Assembly (NCBI GenBank): GCA_951406725.2
Contig: OX597835.1
Coordinates: 26,288,001 to 26,352,000, forward strand
Direction: 5' to 3'
Source: Octopus vulgaris
Lineage: Eukaryota
Length of the DNA stretch: 64,000 nt
Shown: positions 58,329 to 64,000 of the stretch, one piece after another
Numbering within the stretch: the first letter of the stretch is position 1
Layout of the letters: each line of letters opens with the position of its first letter
The notes under the pieces: model-generated
What the model saw: the letters and a program-made list of their open reading frames with translations, nothing else
Databases searched by the model: none
What the model was told of the DNA's origin: nothing
Translations under genes and position numbers: made by a program

Positions 58329-58556
58329 GATCCGGGCTACAAATGTTTCATAGTGGGTGGAATCTCAGAAGTGGTAAAAATCCAAGCGAGGTGTACACCA
58401 CCGACTACTCATCAGGCGAAGTATATCTTGCTTAATTTTTTCAAGATACTTAATGAAAATGTCCTTGGCCTGAAGTGTAGCCGGTGGTATACACCTTGCT
58501 TGGATTTTTACCACTTCTGAGATTCCACCCACTATGAAACATTTGTAGGCCGGATC
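58329..58556. ncRNA. Inverted pair of hammerhead motifs forming a about 228-nt hairpin
   Basis: Arms 58329-58417 and 58468-58556. The left arm (minus) reads GC-CUGAUGA-GUAGU...ACUAU-GAAA-CAUUUG-UA-GCC. The right arm (plus) has the same motif with core CUGAAGU. Confidence 0.75.
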
Positions 58557-58569
58557 GAAAGGGGTTTGT

Positions 58570-58853
58570 AAACACACTAACACCAGATGTCAAGTGGTGG
58601 TAGGGGACAAACACAGATACAAAGACATACACGTAGGCACGCACGCACGTACACACACACAGGCACGCACGCACACACACTTTTATGACGAGCATCTTTC
58701 CGTTTTCGTCTACCAAATAGATTCAGAAGGCGTTGGTCGGCCCGAGGCTCTAGTTGAAGGAACTCGGTCAAGGTGCTACGCAGTGATAATAACGAGCCTG
58801 GAACCATATGGTTGAGAAGCAAACTCCTTGCCACACAGTCACGACTGCCCCTA
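58570..58853 (-). mobile_element. SINE family B
   Basis: ttccgttttcgtctaccaaa...ggtcggcccgaggct...ggaaccatatggttgagaagcaaact. Confidence 0.75.
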
Positions 58854-59630
58854 TGTTAGTGACATTTTAGAAAAACCAATTTACATCGGAGAAGAATCAT
58901 AACATCAGTCTGAAACAAATATATCTTCTGCTGTGGCGTAGCATCGACCAATGTCTTGTGGTAGACGGACACCAAGATGAAGATACAACTCCGAAACGAA
59001 CAATTTATAGCACTGGGTAATATTTTAAAAAAATATCTTTATTATATATGAACATCTAGTGTAACCGTAATGTCTGCTATATCAACCTTATAACAGAACA
59101 ATATAATAAATCTGCTCTCATAATTTATGTTGTGAAATGAGGTAAAACTATCTTTGTGTACGATACTTGTTCGAAATCAAGAACATGACAAGGAATATAG
59201 TTTATCTATGGGTGTTTATTGTTATTAGCGTTGTTATCCATTTAGGAAACCGTTATAAATTAGAAATGTGTTGTATAAGAAACAAATGCGCTTCACTAAA
59301 CAAACAAACCGAAGACAGCATTAGTGAAAGAAAATGGCGGTGGCAGCTAAGCAACCTTTTCTCTGGAGGTCAAACGACTGCTAGTCCACGCTGTGGGGGG
59401 GGGGGTTTAAGGACGTACTAACTATCATGCCGAGCTGAAAGTATTATGTGAATGTAGAGATATTTATATCATTAGATTATATCTCACTGAAGCGTTTATT
59501 TATTGGAGATATTATTTCGTTGTGTGATATTTCATCTTTCGGGGATTAAGTATTTGACACGTGTTGCTGAAAACTACTGAAAACTACAATACATCGTAAT
59601 TGTGTACCTGCACAGATTTTTCTCGCTTTA

Positions 59631-59931
<301 letters not shown>

Positions 59932-60084
59932 AGCACATACCACACACGAAGACACCCTGTATGTCTCACTTCCTTATATATCATGTATGTATGGGTTTTC
60001 ATATACTATATAATAATACATACATCTACACAGAGACGCACACACACATATATGTGTGTGCGTGTGTGTGTACCTGGTTTGATC

Positions 60085-60528
60085 AATACGTATCCGCACT
60101 GTTACCATAGCAACGAAGCTAAAGGACGCCGATTAAAGCCAGTTGGCACAGATTGACCGTTAACTCTATTGTGTCACGTACTAAGTTTTAACGTTGTAGC
60201 TCACATCTGCTGTTTACAGCAGTACATGGAAGGAAGGTGTGTAGCGTGTGATCGTTGCATTAACCATGACATAGAAAGCTGAGCAGAGAATACGAATGAA
60301 ATTTTACTAAAAGCCTGGCGATACCTGCTCCGAGGCTTACGCAAAGTTTTCAAAAGTTTTCGTCGTTCTTGGCACAATCAAGGAAATCTTGTGCAACTGA
60401 AGCCTGCGTGTTCTTTTAGTCAGATGAAAACAGTTTTGACTCAAACTTGGCAGACACGCGTCTCATACCCAAATCTTCAGTGATAATGGACTGAACTGAA
60501 CCCGTAACTAACCTGTACATCATCTGAT
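60085..60528. mobile_element. Mariner relic with internal inversion
   Basis: Plus strand 60266-60360 reads MT*KAEQRIRMKFY*KPGDTCSEAYAKF (N-terminal HTH). Minus strand 60528-60356 reads VQSIITEDLGMRRVSAKFESKLFS. Confidence 0.7.
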
Positions 60529-60531
60529 AAC

Positions 60532-60862
60532 TCGCGGGCAAGTGTCTTCTACTATAGCCTCGGTCCGACCAAAGCCCTTTGAGTGGATTTGGTAGAGGGA
60601 ATCTAAAAGAAGCATGTCGTATATATATATATATGTGTGCGTGTATATGTTTGTGTGTCTGTGTTTGTCCGCCTCCAAAATCGCTTGATAACCGATGCTG
60701 GTGTGTTCACGTTCGTGTAACTTAGCGGTTCCACAAAAGAGACTGATAGAATAAGTACTAGGCTTACAAAGACTAAGTTCTGGTATCGATTTGCTCGACG
60801 AAAGGTGGTGCTCCAGCATGGCCGCTGTCAAATGACTGAAACAAGTAAAAGAATAAAAGAAT
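60532..60862 (+). mobile_element. SINE family B, 5'-truncated
   Basis: gggcaagtgtcttctactatagcctcgg...ggtggtgctccagcatggccgctgtcaaatgactgaaacaagtaaaagaataaaagaat. Confidence 0.85.
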
Positions 60863-61242
60863 ATGTGCATGTGTATGTGTATGTGTGTGTGTGTGTATGA
60901 CTCATCTGTCTGTATTTTATTATACGTCTTTCTCAAGTCATCGCCATTTTGTCAGCCTCTTTCGTTTCTATTTATGCAAAGATACTCATACACATATAGA
61001 CACGAACGCACAAACACACGCAACCATACTACACATGTATACATATAAAAGATAGCTGAATATATGTATACATACATATGTGCGTGTGTGTTTCTCTGTG
61101 TATGTGTGCGTTTGTGTGTGCGCGTGTTGTGTTTCTGTGTATGCGTAATTATAAATTCGCTTGTGTGAGATTACAACGAAAAGGAACAACAAAAATACTC
61201 ACCCTATAATATACATACATGTGTGTGTATGCGTGTGTATGC

Positions 61243-61281
<39 letters not shown>

Positions 61282-61308
61282 CGTACACACATATGTGTAT
61301 ATATATAT

Positions 61309-61371
<63 letters not shown>

Positions 61372-61679
61372 GTATGTATGTATGTATGATTTGAAGCTGA
61401 CACTTCGAACCCTGGTTACTGAAATGTTTCATGTTCGGTTTATCAAACCACATATAAATATACGATATGACAGCTTATTTGATAAAGAGAAAACTGAACC
61501 GGTAACTACCAGCAATTCCCAGTCAAAATGTATAAGCGTACATACATACAAACATACATACAGACATGCATTTATATATACGTACATACATACATGCATC
61601 TATGTATGAATATGTGTGTGTGAATACACACACACACACACACACACACACGTATATATATTTATACATATTGTATATT

Positions 61680-62600
61680 CCAGGGTGAGTCAAAAATTAA
61701 TGCCAGTTTGTTTAGGAAAGGTGTAATTACCAACACAGGAACATGCATCATACATCAAAATGGAGCTGGTCCTCTGTGGATCACATCCCTACTACTCAAC
61801 ATAGTCACCGTTTCTCTCAATTAGCAATGTCCCACCTTCGAATGAGAGCATGTATCCCTGCCCCGTAAAATTCTGCTGACTGTTCTTCTTCACTACAGTT
61901 TTCACTTCCTCCTCACTGGAATAATGTTTGCCTTTCAAACACTCTTTCATGGGGCCGAAGAGATGATAGCCTGAAGGCGCTAAATCTGGTGAGTATGGAG
62001 GATGCGGTAAAGTCGTCCACCCGAATGAGGTGATTGTCTCCCTTGACCTGATGTTTGATGTTGTCGAACATTGCCATACAGAAGGAGAACATTGTTGATT
62101 GGCAAGTTGGATCTTACACGTCGGATACTTGCTCTGAGCCTCGTCAGGGTCTCAATGTAGGCCTCAGAGTTTACGGTTTTGGCAAGCAATTTTGGCAAGC
62201 AATCGACCAGAATGACACCTTGAACATCCCAAAAGACAATCGCCATGTTTTTTTTCAGTTGACTTTTTCAGTGGTGGTGACGTAGAGTGGCGCCATTTTA
62301 TTGACTGATTCTTTGATTCCGGTTTATAATGATGAACCCATGTTTCATTACCTGTTACGAGCCTTCGAAAGGCATTTGTCATTTTGACTTTGTTCCAGAA
62401 GTTCACTGCAGGCATTGACCATGTCAATCTTGCGTTTGGTAGTCAGCTCTCTCGGTACCCAACAGGCACACATTTTTGAAAAGCCAAGTGATTCGACAAT
62501 GTTGGTAATTACACCTTTCAAGGTTTTCTGCCAACTCATCAAGAGTTATGCGCCTGTCTTCACTGATTAGAGCATCTGCTTTTGCTTTATTGTCAAATTT
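61680..62600 (-). mobile_element. Mariner relic (degenerate transposase)
   Basis: ISEDRRITLDELA, KMCACWVPRELT, VTGNETWVHHYKPE, VFWDVQGVIL and PYSPDLAPSGYHLFGP spread over several frames. Confidence 0.9.
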
Positions 62601-63086
62601 GTGTGTATGTATGTGCATGTGTGTGCCTGTGTCTGTGTCTGTGTGTGCGTGCCGCAAGAGGCGAATTCCAGCAATATTACATACATATGGTAGCCGATAA
62701 CAGTACACGAACTTTGGAATGTATGCTATACGTTTACTACCCTGATAATATTAAATAATATTGACTTCAATTCCACACGGGATAAAGTCGCTCTCATACA
62801 CAAACAAAAGTACACACGCACTCACACACACATACACACACATGTGTGTGTGTTCACATCAATTTTTTCTGGTGTAAATCCGAGTTGAATAGCGTCCCTT
62901 AATATCCGAAATATATAAAAGTAGTTGGACGAATAGATCTCGATTAAATAAGAAGGAGACGGATGTAAAGTTCTATTGTATTTAATGCCAGATGAATGAG
63001 GCGGTAGAATGGCCGGAGTGCAATGACCGACGTCGAAGACGAAGTAAAAGAAGAAATATCTGTTGGCTGTGATATATGAATAGGAC

Positions 63087-63147
<61 letters not shown>

Positions 63148-63330
63148 CACGGACAAAGAAAGACAGAGCCGGAAGGAGAAATATAATATGGCGGCTAGGT
63201 CATACGTTTTTATTGTATCATTTTAATTGCTTTCACGTACAATGTACTCCCATTGATGTCTATGACGATATAATAAAGTTGTCCCAGCGTATTGCTCGCC
63301 GTCGCATGTATATTTATATGAATGTATATA

Positions 63331-63489
<159 letters not shown>

Positions 63490-63794
63490 GTGTACATGAT
63501 TTAGTGTGTAATTATGGTATAAAAGTACTGAGGAGGTCTTGGATAATTATAATAATGGAAGATATAATAATCATACGTTCTTATACTAAAGGAGACACAC
63601 ACACACACATGTGTGTGTGCGTGCCCGAGCGCGCGTATGGTTCTGTGTGTGTGTGCGTGTAATCTCACGTGCATAGGAGTATGTCTATAAAAATGGTAAT
63701 ACGGCAGTGTCTTCTCTGACTAACTATTGAAAACGATTCCTCACGGAGTAGATCTTACAAACACCGGAGAGAAATATACATACATACATACATA

Positions 63795-63863
<69 letters not shown>

Positions 63864-64000
63864 GGATGTATATATATATATATGCAGATATATATATACA
63901 TATATATATATACATACACACACACATATATATACATGTCTGTATATGTGTAATATAAGGTGTCTTCAAGCAAAATACAATACTCTCCTATACACACATA

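Overview
AT-rich, microsatellite-saturated metazoan DNA. The SINE, LINE and mariner repertoire looks like an octopus or other coleoid cephalopod genome (my recognition, not a search result). I find no intact host protein-coding gene, and nearly all ORF-track entries are simple-repeat translations. Identifiable content: R4/Dong-type LINE copies sitting in (TAA)n tracts, RTE and L1/Tx1 LINE fragments, three mariner relics, many tRNA-derived SINEs and Penelope-like (GIY-YIG) 3' fragments. The most notable signal is a dense set of type I hammerhead-ribozyme (HHR) motifs from several unrelated non-coding families. The best case is 34793-35462, with two identical canonical HHRs 465 nt apart, which is the architecture of a retrozyme releasing a circularisable monomer. 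There is also a diverged 365-nt HHR dimer (31059-31795) and an element whose inverted arm starts at the predicted self-cleavage site (45011-45559). Several other HHRs are fused to their own antisense fold-back arm. All ribozyme calls come from manual base-pairing and are untested.
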